A stretch of 64,000 nucleotides of DNA from an uncultured Actinomycetes bacterium (GTDB lineage Bacteria; Actinomycetota; Thermoleophilia; Gaiellales; Gaiellaceae), in contig CAVQTO010000002.1 in NCBI GenBank assembly GCA_963716605.1, positions 418,165-482,164 on the forward strand. The letters run 5' to 3'. Below the pieces are notes generated by a model, which saw nothing but the letters and a program-made list of their open reading frames with translations, had not been told where the DNA came from and did no database searches. Position numbers and translations under genes: made by a program. Shown one piece after another: positions 48,825-56,222 of the stretch (position 1 is the first letter of the stretch; each line of letters starts with the position of its first letter).

Positions 48825-49179
48825 CGTGTCTCGGAGAACCCGTCTGGGCTCCGTACGGGTCACTTGGTGGCCACCTCTTGGCCGTCCGCGCGTCTCGAGC
48901 AGGTGGTGGCACAGCCGCCGCGCGAAACCGGCGGGCGGGGGGAGGTCGGCCTCGCGGGCGGCTGCTATCGAGAGGACCCCGAAAACGGGGGAGCGAGTCC
49001 TTCGCACTCAGACACTGAGTCTGTAGCGATTCACACAACCTACTCCGCGCGTCGGCAAAGCGAAGCGGGTTCGAGGTGCGGGGTTCGCAAATAGCGAGCC
49101 TTTCCTTTTCGTCCCAGTCCGGAATCTTCGCGACACGTCACTTCGGGCGCTCTTGGGGTGGCCGAGGAACATGGCGTGA

Positions 49180-49305
49180 ATCTCCAGAGAACCGCAGGAG
49201 ATCCCCGAGCTTCTGACCCAGGTGCAGGTCGCCCGGATCTTCGAACTGTCGACCCGAGCTACGCGTCGCGCCGTCGCAGCCGGCGGCGCGAGTCGGTGTT
49301 GCTGA
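49180..49305 (+). pseudogene. fragment of an excisionase/AlpA-type HTH gene (no usable start)
   Basis: The frame opening after TGA 49177-49179 reads ISREPQEIPELLTQVQVARIFELSTRATRRAVAAGGASRCC. LLT..qvA.i..lS.rt.rR.v..G matches the HTH_17/excisionase pattern but is truncated. Confidence 0.3.
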
Positions 49306-49382
49306 ACCATCCCGGCTACGCAGCGAGGCCAGACCAAGCCGAGGTTGACGATCGGTTGGCATCGGCGGGATCATGCGCAGAC

Positions 49383-49649
49383 ATGGACGACTACGAAGTA
49401 GTCGCCGAGGAGCTGAGCAAGCTCGGGGAAAAGTGGCACGACCTCGAGGAGCGCCTGGCCGAGGTCGAGACAGTGAACGCGCGACTTGAGGAAGCCGCCC
49501 TGACCACGGCCCGTGCCCTCGAAGAGGTCTCACGGCACTGGGACGCGGTGTACGAGGCTATGCGCCGCGCACAGAGAATCGACCGCGAAATCTCGTCCGA
49601 GCGCGACCGCGATGCGGCTAGGGCGCGTCGCGGCGAGTCATCGAAATAG
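49383..49649 (+). CDS. hypothetical 88-aa coiled-coil protein
   Basis: ATG 49383 within ORF 49158..49649: MDDYEVVAEELSKLGEKWHDLEERLAEVETVNARLEEAALTTARALEEVSRHWDAVYEAMRRAQRIDREISSERDRDAARARRGESSK. Confidence 0.35.
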   Translation: MDDYEVVAEELSKLGEKWHDLEERLAEVETVNARLEEAALTTARALEEVSRHWDAVYEAMRRAQRIDREISSERDRDAARARRGESSK

Positions 49650-49757
49650 AGTCGCCGCGAACTACCGCGATACACTGGAGGGCACTCGATAGCTCACCTC
49701 ACGTCGTGACCCGAAGTCCTGAGCCATTGCGCCAGGTCGAGCGGGAAGAGAGGGGCT

Positions 49758-49949
49758 ATGTCCTCACCCTTCGTCACGGTTCGCTACCCCGACGGTGCGT
49801 GGGAGCTCACCGACAGCGAGAACGTTCCGAAGGTCGGAGACACGCTGTGGCGGAGCGACGGCAAGTGGGTCGTCGCTACGGCCGTCACGGATACAAGCGG
49901 GCATGTCATTGTGACCTGGCGGCGCGCCGCGCGACCCGCCGACTCGTAA
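49758..49949 (+). CDS. hypothetical 63-aa protein
   Basis: ORF-track entry MSSPFVTVRYPDGAWELTDSENVPKVGDTLWRSDGKWVVATAVTDTSGHVIVTWRRAARPADS. It ends 11 nt before the tRNA-half repeat. Confidence 0.35.
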   Translation: MSSPFVTVRYPDGAWELTDSENVPKVGDTLWRSDGKWVVATAVTDTSGHVIVTWRRAARPADS

Positions 49950-49960
49950 GCTGCTAACCG

Positions 49961-50003
49961 CCTGCAGAGGCAGAGGTCGCATGTTCGAATCATGCCGGGC
50001 GCA
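49961..50003 (+). repeat. 43-nt copy of the tRNA 3' half (anticodon loop to discriminator), att-like
   Basis: 40/43 identical to 48751-48793. The mismatches are one anticodon base (G to A) and a compensatory pair in the T stem (GCAAG/CTTGC versus GCATG/CATGC). The upstream 30 nt do not fold as a tRNA 5' half. Confidence 0.8.
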
Positions 50004-50252
50004 TTCTGGAAAGACCGCTGCAAGCCAGCACTCTGCGGAGGATGGAGAGGCGTGGTCAGGCACGTCGTCGTGCCCCTTAGAGCCCCAAATGTTGGCTCGC
50101 ATGCTCGACGAGCCGACGGCGGGATAGTCGACGACACAAGCAGTCGCAGGACTGGCCGATCGGCTAGGACAGTGGTCGAAGAGCGTAACTACGCTACAGC
50201 GCCCTCGCTTCTATGAGGGTACGTTCAACGTTTGAAGGGGTGGGGTCATTTA

Positions 50253-50687
50253 ATGAAACGCCACGTTCTCGTGGGCGCGGTCGCCCTCATTGGTGCGGCG
50301 ACGCTCACGGTTGCGGCCATGGCGGCAGTCGCGCCTGGGACGTACAAGGGAAGCCTGCACCTGGCCAGCGGGTCGAAGATCGCGGGCTCTCCGGCGACGG
50401 TCGTCGTCGTCGGCAAGAAGGTCACGATCAAGGCGCCGAAGTTCGCGGTCAAGTGCCTCGGGCCTAGCGGCACGTACACGATGCCGGGGACTCCGATCAA
50501 GTACGAGTTCAAGGGGACGCTGAAGGCCAACAAGGTGAGCGGCACCTACATCCCGCCGTTCGGCGGCAACGGCGAGTACTTCACCGCGAAGGGCACCTTC
50601 ACGCCCGCGACGAAGTCGTTCACCGGGACACTGTCGAACGTCGGCATGTGCCGGGGCACCTCGATGATCAAGGCCAAGAAGGCCTGA
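50253..50687 (+). CDS. hypothetical secreted Lys/Gly/Thr-rich beta protein
   Basis: ATG 50253 within ORF 50232..50687 after GAAGGGGTGGGG. Signal peptide MKRHVLVGAVALIGAATLTVAAMAA. Has its own terminator. Confidence 0.55.
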   Translation: MKRHVLVGAVALIGAATLTVAAMAAVAPGTYKGSLHLASGSKIAGSPATVVVVGKKVTIKAPKFAVKCLGPSGTYTMPGTPIKYEFKGTLKANKVSGTYIPPFGGNGEYFTAKGTFTPATKSFTGTLSNVGMCRGTSMIKAKKA

Positions 50688-50705
50688 CCGCTCTCTGACG
50701 GGACC

Positions 50706-50730
50706 GGGTGAGGGGCATCGCCCCTCACCC
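50706..50730 (+). terminator. hairpin after the secreted-protein gene
   Basis: GGGTGAGGGGC-atc-GCCCCTCACCC, 11-bp perfect stem. Confidence 0.55.
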
Positions 50731-50802
50731 GCCTCGCTGGCTGCTCGGACCATCCCGGCTCCTTGTAGGAGCCTTGCGAGGAACGCCGAACCCGGCCTGG
50801 CA

Positions 50803-51324
50803 ATGGCCGTGCCCGAAGGCCTCTCCGTCGAGCACCACCGCGACCTCCCGGGCCGCGCCCGGCAGCCGTACGTCCGCCAGGTGCTCATCGGTCTGCTCTT
50901 CGCGGTCCTCGCGCTCGGCCTCCTGAACGTCTTCGGCCAGGTGCGGTCGGTGAGCACCGTGGAGACCGACGGCGCACGGTTCGAGGTCTCGGCCCCGACG
51001 AAGCTTCGCGGCGGCCTCTTCTTCGAGGCGCGCTACAAGATCGAGGCAGTCGACGAGATCGAGAGTGCGACGATCGTGCTCGACCCCGGCTGGCTCGAGG
51101 GCATCACGCTCAACACCGTGGAGCCGGCGCCGATCGGCGAGACGAGCAGGGACGGGAAGATCGCGATGGAGCTCGGGCGCGTCCCCGCCGGCGACGAGCA
51201 CGTGCTCTTCCTCCACTTCCAGGTGAACCCGACCGCAGTCGGTTTCCGCTCGCAGGACGTCGAGCTCTACGACGGCGACCGGCTGCTGGCCTCCTTCGAC
51301 CGCGAAGCGATCATCTGGCCCTGA
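50803..51324 (+). CDS. hypothetical single-pass membrane protein
   Basis: 173-aa ORF with TM VLIGLLFAVLALGLLNVF. The stop overlaps the start of the next gene (TGATG). Confidence 0.5.
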   Translation: MAVPEGLSVEHHRDLPGRARQPYVRQVLIGLLFAVLALGLLNVFGQVRSVSTVETDGARFEVSAPTKLRGGLFFEARYKIEAVDEIESATIVLDPGWLEGITLNTVEPAPIGETSRDGKIAMELGRVPAGDEHVLFLHFQVNPTAVGFRSQDVELYDGDRLLASFDREAIIWP

Positions 51325-51777
51325 TGGACATCGTCCTCCGCGCGCTTCTTCGCGTTCTTCTTCGTCCTCCTCGTGACGCGTATCGTCGGCCGGCGGGAGC
51401 TCTCGTCGCTGCAGCCCTTCGACCTGATCCTGCTCGTCATGATCGGAGACCTCGTACAGCAGGGCGTGACGCAGAACGACTTCTCGGTGACCGGCATCGT
51501 GCTCGCGGCGGGGACGATCGCGGCGCTGACGGTGGTCGTCTCCTACTCGAGCTTCCGCTTCCCGCGCCTGCGCCCCGTGCTCGACGGCGAGCCGGTGATC
51601 GTGCTCGAGCGAGGCGAGCCGATCCGGAAGAACCTCGACCGGAACCGGATCACCGTCGACGAGCTCCGTGCTGCCGCACGCCAGGAGGGTTACGGCCGGC
51701 TCCAGGACGTGGAGTGGGCCGTGCTCGAGACGAGCGGGCAGATCAGCTTCATCCCTGCGCCGTCCGTGCCCGGCTAG
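51324..51777 (+). pseudogene. DUF421 (YetF-like) membrane protein, one frameshift near the 5' end as assembled
   Basis: ATG 51324 MDIVLRA, then FFAFFFVLLVTRIVGRRELSSLQPFDLILLVMIGDLVQQG... in the frame of ORF 51373..51777. The shift is near 51345. Confidence 0.65.
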
Positions 51778-53474
51778 CTGGACGTCGCCGACCGATAGCC
51801 CGTCGCGGCCGGGCCGGCCAGGCGCGCGCTCATGACGGTCTCCGCAGCCTCCGCGCTCTGCGCGTGCCCGGTCACGGCCGAGAGGAAGTCCTCCCGGTCG
51901 AGCGCGTAGAGGACAGCGTTCGTCTTCGCCGTCACGGTCGCCGTTCGCGGGACGTCGCGCAGGAGTGCGATCTCGCCGAAGTATCCGCCCGCCTCCGAGC
52001 TCCGAGATCGTCAGCCCGTCCTGCGTCACCTGGATCTGGCCCTCGGCCACGATGTAGAAGCGGTCGCCCGCGTCTCCCTCGCGGACGATCACCGTGCCGG
52101 GATCCACCCGTAGAGGCACCAGGCGCGCGGCCAGGTGCTCGAGCGACCCGCCGGGGAGCGGAGCGAAGATCGGGACCGATGCGAGCACGCGGAGCTCGTC
52201 GACGTCCGGCGCGGGTGCCGCTGCGTCGATGCGAGCGACGGTCACTCCGGAGACCGCAACGAGCACGGGCAGCAGAAGACCCGTCACGACGATCGCGGTG
52301 TCGGTGCCGAACAACGCAATGAGCGCCGGCGCGATCGCGGCGCCGATTCCCATCGCCGCGAGGAAGAGCATCTGGATGACGCCGAACACTCGTGCGAGCA
52401 CCTCGTCCGGTACGGCGCGCTGGATCAGCGTCAAGCCGGCGACGTCGGCGCAGGAGTGGCCGAGGCCCATGACACCGAAGACGAGGAGTGCGACGGTCAC
52501 GTCCTGCCAGAGGCCGAGAGCGACGAGCGGAAGCCCCGCCACGACGAGGCCGGCGAGAAACGGCGGGCTGAGGCGCTTGGCACCGGTCAGCGTCAGTGCC
52601 GACACGGCCCCGACGAACGCGCCCACTCCGATCGCGGCGTTCAGGTATCCGACGCCGCCCTCGCCGAGACCGAGGAGCTCGATCGACGCGACGACGATGA
52701 ACACCTGGACCAGGCCGAACATTCCGGTGAGAGCCGTCAGCAACAGGACCAGCACGCGCAGAGACGGGTCTCGGGCGAGTGTCGTGAAGCCGGCGAGACG
52801 CTCGGCGGCGATGGTCGACGCGTCGAGCTCTCGTCTCGGCTTCTCCTCGCGCTCGACGGACATGAGGAGGACGAACAGCGCCGACACGGCGATCAGCGCA
52901 GCCGTCATGGTGAAGACCGTGCCGATGCTTGCCGACGGCCAGAAGGAGCGCCGGCGATAGCCGGCCCGGCGAAGATCGCGATGCTGTCGATGCCGCTTGC
53001 GACGGCGTTCGCTGCGGTGAGCTCCTCGGGCGTTCGCGCGAGCGTCGGTGTGAGCGCTGCCTGCGACGACCTGAACGGCGTGGTCGCGATCGTCGCCGCG
53101 ATCGAGAACGCATAGACCACGAGGGGATCTGCGTCCGCGAACACGGCCAGGGCGGCTGCCGCGACCAGCAGGACGCGGGCGATGTTCGTGTACAGCAGGA
53201 CCTTCTCGCGCGGATAGCGATCGCCGAGCATCCCGGCAAACGGGGCGACGAGAGCGGCTGGGATGAGACGGACGAGGAAGACGAGCCCGACGGCCTTCTC
53301 GCCGCCGACGGTGTACGCGTACACGGAAACGGAGATGAGGAACGCGTAGTGACCGACGACCGCGGACGCCCACGCGAGCTCGAGCCAACGCAGATTCGCG
53401 TTGCGCCAGACGGCCGCGAACGCGGCGGCCGACTCCTTCAGACGGCCCCGGACTCCACCCACGGGCGCCAGCAT
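51774..53474 (-). pseudogene. MFS transporter fused to a C-terminal cyclic-nucleotide-binding domain, at least 3 frameshifts as assembled
   Basis: MLAPVGGVRGRLKESAAAFAAVWRNANLRWLELAWASAVVGHYAF...IFAGPAIAG (52905..53606) / short ALLLAVG piece / SIGTVFTMTAALIAVSA...12-TM body...LRVLASVPIFAPLPGGSLEHLAARLVPLRVDPGTVIVREGDAGDRFYIVAEGQIQV (frame of 50725..53388) / [33 protein letters not shown] to TAG 51774. Shifts are near 52950, 52925 and 51995. Confidence 0.72.
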
Positions 53475-53578
53475 CTCATCGGGACTTGCGGAATGAAAGA
53501 GAGCGAGGGAAGATTTCGGCACCTTGCGCGGTCTTGTGTGACGGAACCGCGCTTCGAGCGCACGGACAGGAGGAGCAA

Positions 53579-53803
53579 ATGACGGATCGCACGCAGGACA
53601 TCGCAAGCGACGTGGCGAGCGACGTGGCGAGCGCCAACGAGGAGCCGGATGTCGAGGGTCACATGGACACGAACCTGGACGTCACCTCGGACGTCGCCAG
53701 CGACGTGTGCGAGCGCGAACGAGGACGAGCCGGACGTCGAGGGTCACGTCAACGTGGTCACCGACGTCGACCTCGGACGTCGCAACGCGACGTAGCGAGC
53801 TAG
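53579..53803 (+). CDS. repeat-peptide mini-gene (74 aa as assembled; 73-aa triple-core acidic peptide if three single-base insertions are removed)
   Basis: GGAGGAG lies 3 nt before ATG 53579. As assembled it reads MTDRTQDIASDVASDVASANEEPDVEGHMDTNLDVTSDVASDVCERERGRAGRRGSRQRGHRRRPRTSQRDVAS. DNA copies at 53597-53662, 53678-53747 and 53763-53800 differ at positions that are synonymous in the acidic frame. Confidence 0.55.
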   Translation: MTDRTQDIASDVASDVASANEEPDVEGHMDTNLDVTSDVASDVCERERGRAGRRGSRQRGHRRRPRTSQRDVAS

Positions 53804-53818
53804 GCGACGGTCGAGCGG

Positions 53819-54511
53819 CTAACCGTCGCAACAAGGTTTGAAAGGCCCGGTCTTCCGGGCCTTTCTTATGCGCCGAGAGTCGTCGGCGAGGTCCTCGAGG
53901 AGCCGCAGGCCCGCGGCCCGCCGGTCGTCCTCGAGCGCGTCGACCGCGGCTGCGAGTCGGGCGACGACGGCGACGTCACCGTCCTCGTCGCCGATGAGCC
54001 GGTTCGCCTGCCGCGCCCTGAGGAGCAGGTCGACCGCGATCGCGGCCTGGTTGGCGAAGAGGCCCAGAAGCTCCATCTCGCGCAGGCTGAACAGCGACTG
54101 CTCCGGCCGATCGAGGACGGAGAGCACGCCGAGCACGCCTTCTTCGTGCAGGAGCGGCGCCGCCATGAGCCCCTTCGGGACGTAGCCGCTGCCCTCGGCC
54201 ACGTCTCGTGACCACCGAGGATCCGAGTGGACGTCCTCGATGACGAGTGGCGTTCGTGTCGAGAGCACCCAGCCGGCGATTCCCGTCCCTGCGGGGAACC
54301 GGGTGCCGAGGAGCGTGTCCTCACCCTCGCCGACGACGGCCTCGAAGACGAGCTCCTCCGTCTCGGTGTCGAGGAGCAGGATCGACGATGCCGTGGCGCC
54401 GAAGATCGAGCGCGCGACCTCGACGATCGCGGACAGGAGCGCCCGGAACGACTCCTCCGAGCCGACGACTCCCGCCGCCACGGCAGCGTGCAGATCGGGC
54501 TTGCTGGTCAC
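53819..54511 (-). CDS. GAF-domain protein
   Basis: C-terminal 230 residues of ORF 53819..55234 from GTG 54511, overlapping the S8 stop (GTGA). SFRALLSAIVEVARSIFGATASSILLLDTETEELVFEAVVGEG...GIAGWVLSTRTPLVIEDV...GVLSVLD. The last 15 codons read through the terminator hairpin, so the true stop may be TAA 53866. Confidence 0.75.
   Translation of the reverse strand: MTSKPDLHAAVAAGVVGSEESFRALLSAIVEVARSIFGATASSILLLDTETEELVFEAVVGEGEDTLLGTRFPAGTGIAGWVLSTRTPLVIEDVHSDPRWSRDVAEGSGYVPKGLMAAPLLHEEGVLGVLSVLDRPEQSLFSLREMELLGLFANQAAIAVDLLLRARQANRLIGDEDGDVAVVARLAAAVDALEDDRRAAGLRLLEDLADDSRRIRKARKTGPFKPCCDG
53840..53865. terminator. bidirectional hairpin between the repeat-peptide gene and the GAF gene
   Basis: GAAAGGCCCGG-tctt-CCGGGCCTTTC, 11-bp perfect stem, T/A-rich flanks. 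Confidence 0.6.
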
Positions 54512-55356
54512 GTCCCACCCCCTACGTTGGTCGCGGTCAGATAGAGGACGCTCTTGAGCTGGAACGGCGTCAGCTCGGGGTGCTTCGCGAGGATCAGCGC
54601 GCAGATCGCGCTCAGGTGCGGGGTCGCGAAGCTGTTTCCGGAGACCGTGACCGAGCGCCCGTCGCTCCACGGCACCTCGACGTTCACGCCGCGCCCGAAG
54701 AACTCGACCGGAGGGCTCGGGTTGTAGAAGAACGCGAGCGGGTCCTCCTCCTCGTGGCTCCCGACCGAGATCACCGAAGAGAAGCGCCACGGGTAGCTCT
54801 CGACGGGCATGTTGTGGGCCGAGGCCACGAGCACCGTTCGCCGGAAGTAGGCGCTGTCGGCCAGCTCGTGGAGGACCACCGCGAACGGCTTCTTCGTCGT
54901 CGACAAGCTCATGTTGATCACGTCGAAGCCCTCGTCGATCGCGTACCGGAGTCCCGCCAGCAGCACCCCGCCGCTGCCCGTGAAGCTGGACCCGAGCACG
55001 CGGACACTCGAGATGCGGCAGTCGGGAGCCAGCGCGCGCACGATCCCGGCACACGCGGTCCCGTGCCCGGAGACGTCGCCCTCGGTGTCCTCGGCCGCGA
55101 CCGTCTCCTCGTTCTCGTCGACGGAGATGGCGACCGCGCTCTCGAGCCCGCCCACGCTCGCATGGTCGCCGTCGACGCCGGAGTCGAGGATGCAGACGCG
55201 CACGCCCTCGCCGGTCGACCCGCCGAACGCCCACTCGCGCGTTACGCGCTCCGGCCAGTCGTCCGGGAGCGCGATCCGGTCGACCGCGTCCTTCGGCAGG
55301 CTCCAGGCGGGAAGCGCGTGGCTCGCGTCCCCGCTGTGGGCTGCGACCTCGCTCAC
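54508..55356 (-). CDS. S8 (subtilisin-family) serine peptidase, cytoplasmic type without signal peptide or propeptide
   Basis: C-terminal 282 residues of ORF 54508..55866 from GTG 55356. Catalytic Asp (VCILDSGVD), His (SGHGTACAG), oxyanion Asn (ASAHN), Ser (SGNSFATPH). Confidence 0.85.
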   Translation of the reverse strand: MSEVAAHSGDASHALPAWSLPKDAVDRIALPDDWPERVTREWAFGGSTGEGVRVCILDSGVDGDHASVGGLESAVAISVDENEETVAAEDTEGDVSGHGTACAGIVRALAPDCRISSVRVLGSSFTGSGGVLLAGLRYAIDEGFDVINMSLSTTKKPFAVVLHELADSAYFRRTVLVASAHNMPVESYPWRFSSVISVGSHEEEDPLAFFYNPSPPVEFFGRGVNVEVPWSDGRSVTVSGNSFATPHLSAICALILAKHPELTPFQLKSVLYLTATNVGGGT

Positions 55357-55393
55357 GCGCGGATCGTAGAGCGATCCGCCAGTGTCCGGTCCG

Positions 55394-55651
55394 TCAGTGC
55401 TCGGTGAGCCGGCGACGGAGCTCCTCGAGAAGACGCTCTCCCGGCTCGAACCCCGCCTGCCCGAGCGCCTTCTCGAGATCCGCGATGAGCGCGTCCCTGA
55501 ACTCGAGGTCGGCTTCGGCCCGCGAGACGATCTCGTCGAGCGAGCCGCGGAGGCCCGGTAGCTCCTGCGCGGCCTGCACCCAGCCAGGAGGCGCAGGGCG
55601 CAGGACACGCAGGAGCGCCCCAATCCGTTCCTCGTCGAGCGCGCGTTCCAT
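55394..55651 (-). CDS. hypothetical 85-aa helical protein in the anti-sigma position
   Basis: The ATG is the base after the sigma stop. MERALDEERIGALLRVLRPAPPGWVQAAQELPGLRGSLDEIVSRAEADLEFRDALIADLEKALGQAGFEPGERLLEELRRRLTEH. No zinc-binding HxxxCxxC motif and no TM. Confidence 0.5.
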   Translation of the reverse strand: MERALDEERIGALLRVLRPAPPGWVQAAQELPGLRGSLDEIVSRAEADLEFRDALIADLEKALGQAGFEPGERLLEELRRRLTEH

Positions 55652-56221
55652 CTACACACCAGACTCCGAAGAGGGGTCGCTTCTTCCATCGAGTTGATCG
55701 CGCAGCTTGCCGAGGCAGCGTGCGATCCGGCTTGCGATCGTTCCAGACGGGAGATCGAGGTCTGCCGAGATCGTGCGGTAGCTCTGGTCTCTCGTGAAGA
55801 AGCGGTCGAGGATGTCGCGGCACGGCTCGGAGAGGGCGGAGAGCGCCTCGCGGACGGCGAACGCATCCTCGATCTCGTCGAGATCGCGCTCGAAGCCGTC
55901 CTCGATCGGCTCGGCGACCGGCTGCTCCCGGCGGCCGCGCGTGACCGAGTCGATGCAGAGCCGGCGCGTGAGCTGTGCGATCCACGGCCGCAGCGCCGCG
56001 TCGTCGCGCAGCGAGTCGAGGTGCGTGTACGCGCGCGCGAACACCTCCTGGAAGACGTCCTCCGCGTCGGCCTCGCTGAGCCGGAAGCCCCGGGTGCAGA
56101 CCGCGTACACGTAGCGCGAGAAGCGCTCGACGAGCTCGTTCCACGCGTCCGGGTCCCCGTCCCGGCACCGCTGGACGAGCTCGGCGTCAGTCAGTGTCGA
56201 GAGTTGAGTCACGCTCTGCAT
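55652..56221 (-). CDS. ECF-type sigma-70 family RNA polymerase sigma factor
   Basis: Last 189 residues of ORF 55652..57262 from ATG 56221. Region 2 is DAWNELVERFSRYVYAVCTRGF...DVFQEVFARAY. Region 4 is SYRTISADLDLPSGTIASRIARCLGKLR. Confidence 0.85.
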   Translation of the reverse strand: MQSVTQLSTLTDAELVQRCRDGDPDAWNELVERFSRYVYAVCTRGFRLSEADAEDVFQEVFARAYTHLDSLRDDAALRPWIAQLTRRLCIDSVTRGRREQPVAEPIEDGFERDLDEIEDAFAVREALSALSEPCRDILDRFFTRDQSYRTISADLDLPSGTIASRIARCLGKLRDQLDGRSDPSSESGV

Positions 56222-56222
56222 T

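Larger units (their letters stand above)
48794..49960. mobile_element. decayed integrative-element remnant bounded by tRNA-Arg and a 43-nt copy of its 3' half
   Basis: att-like direct repeats at 48751-48793 and 49961-50003. Visibly lower GC. Contains an excisionase-like HTH fragment, possible integrase C-terminal debris next to the tRNA, and two orphan small ORFs. No intact recombinase. Confidence 0.45.

Noticed and set aside
49931-50003. A complete second tRNA (would be Cys-GCA) at the right end of the island
   Set aside because: Only the 3' 43 nt match a tRNA. The upstream 30 nt cannot form the acceptor 5' strand (GCGACCC versus the required GCGCCCG), a D arm or the anticodon-stem 5' strand.
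48794-51800. Intact prophage or ICE
   Set aside because: No intact integrase, no replication, structural or transfer genes. The repeat-bounded segment is only 1.17 kb, so it is called a remnant only.
53597-53800. Tandem repeats as a CRISPR array or non-coding minisatellite
   Set aside because: The units are 66-70 nt with internal 12-nt subrepeats and no repeat-spacer alternation. Variation is synonymous in one reading frame, and a strong SD and ATG precede them, so it is a coding repeat.
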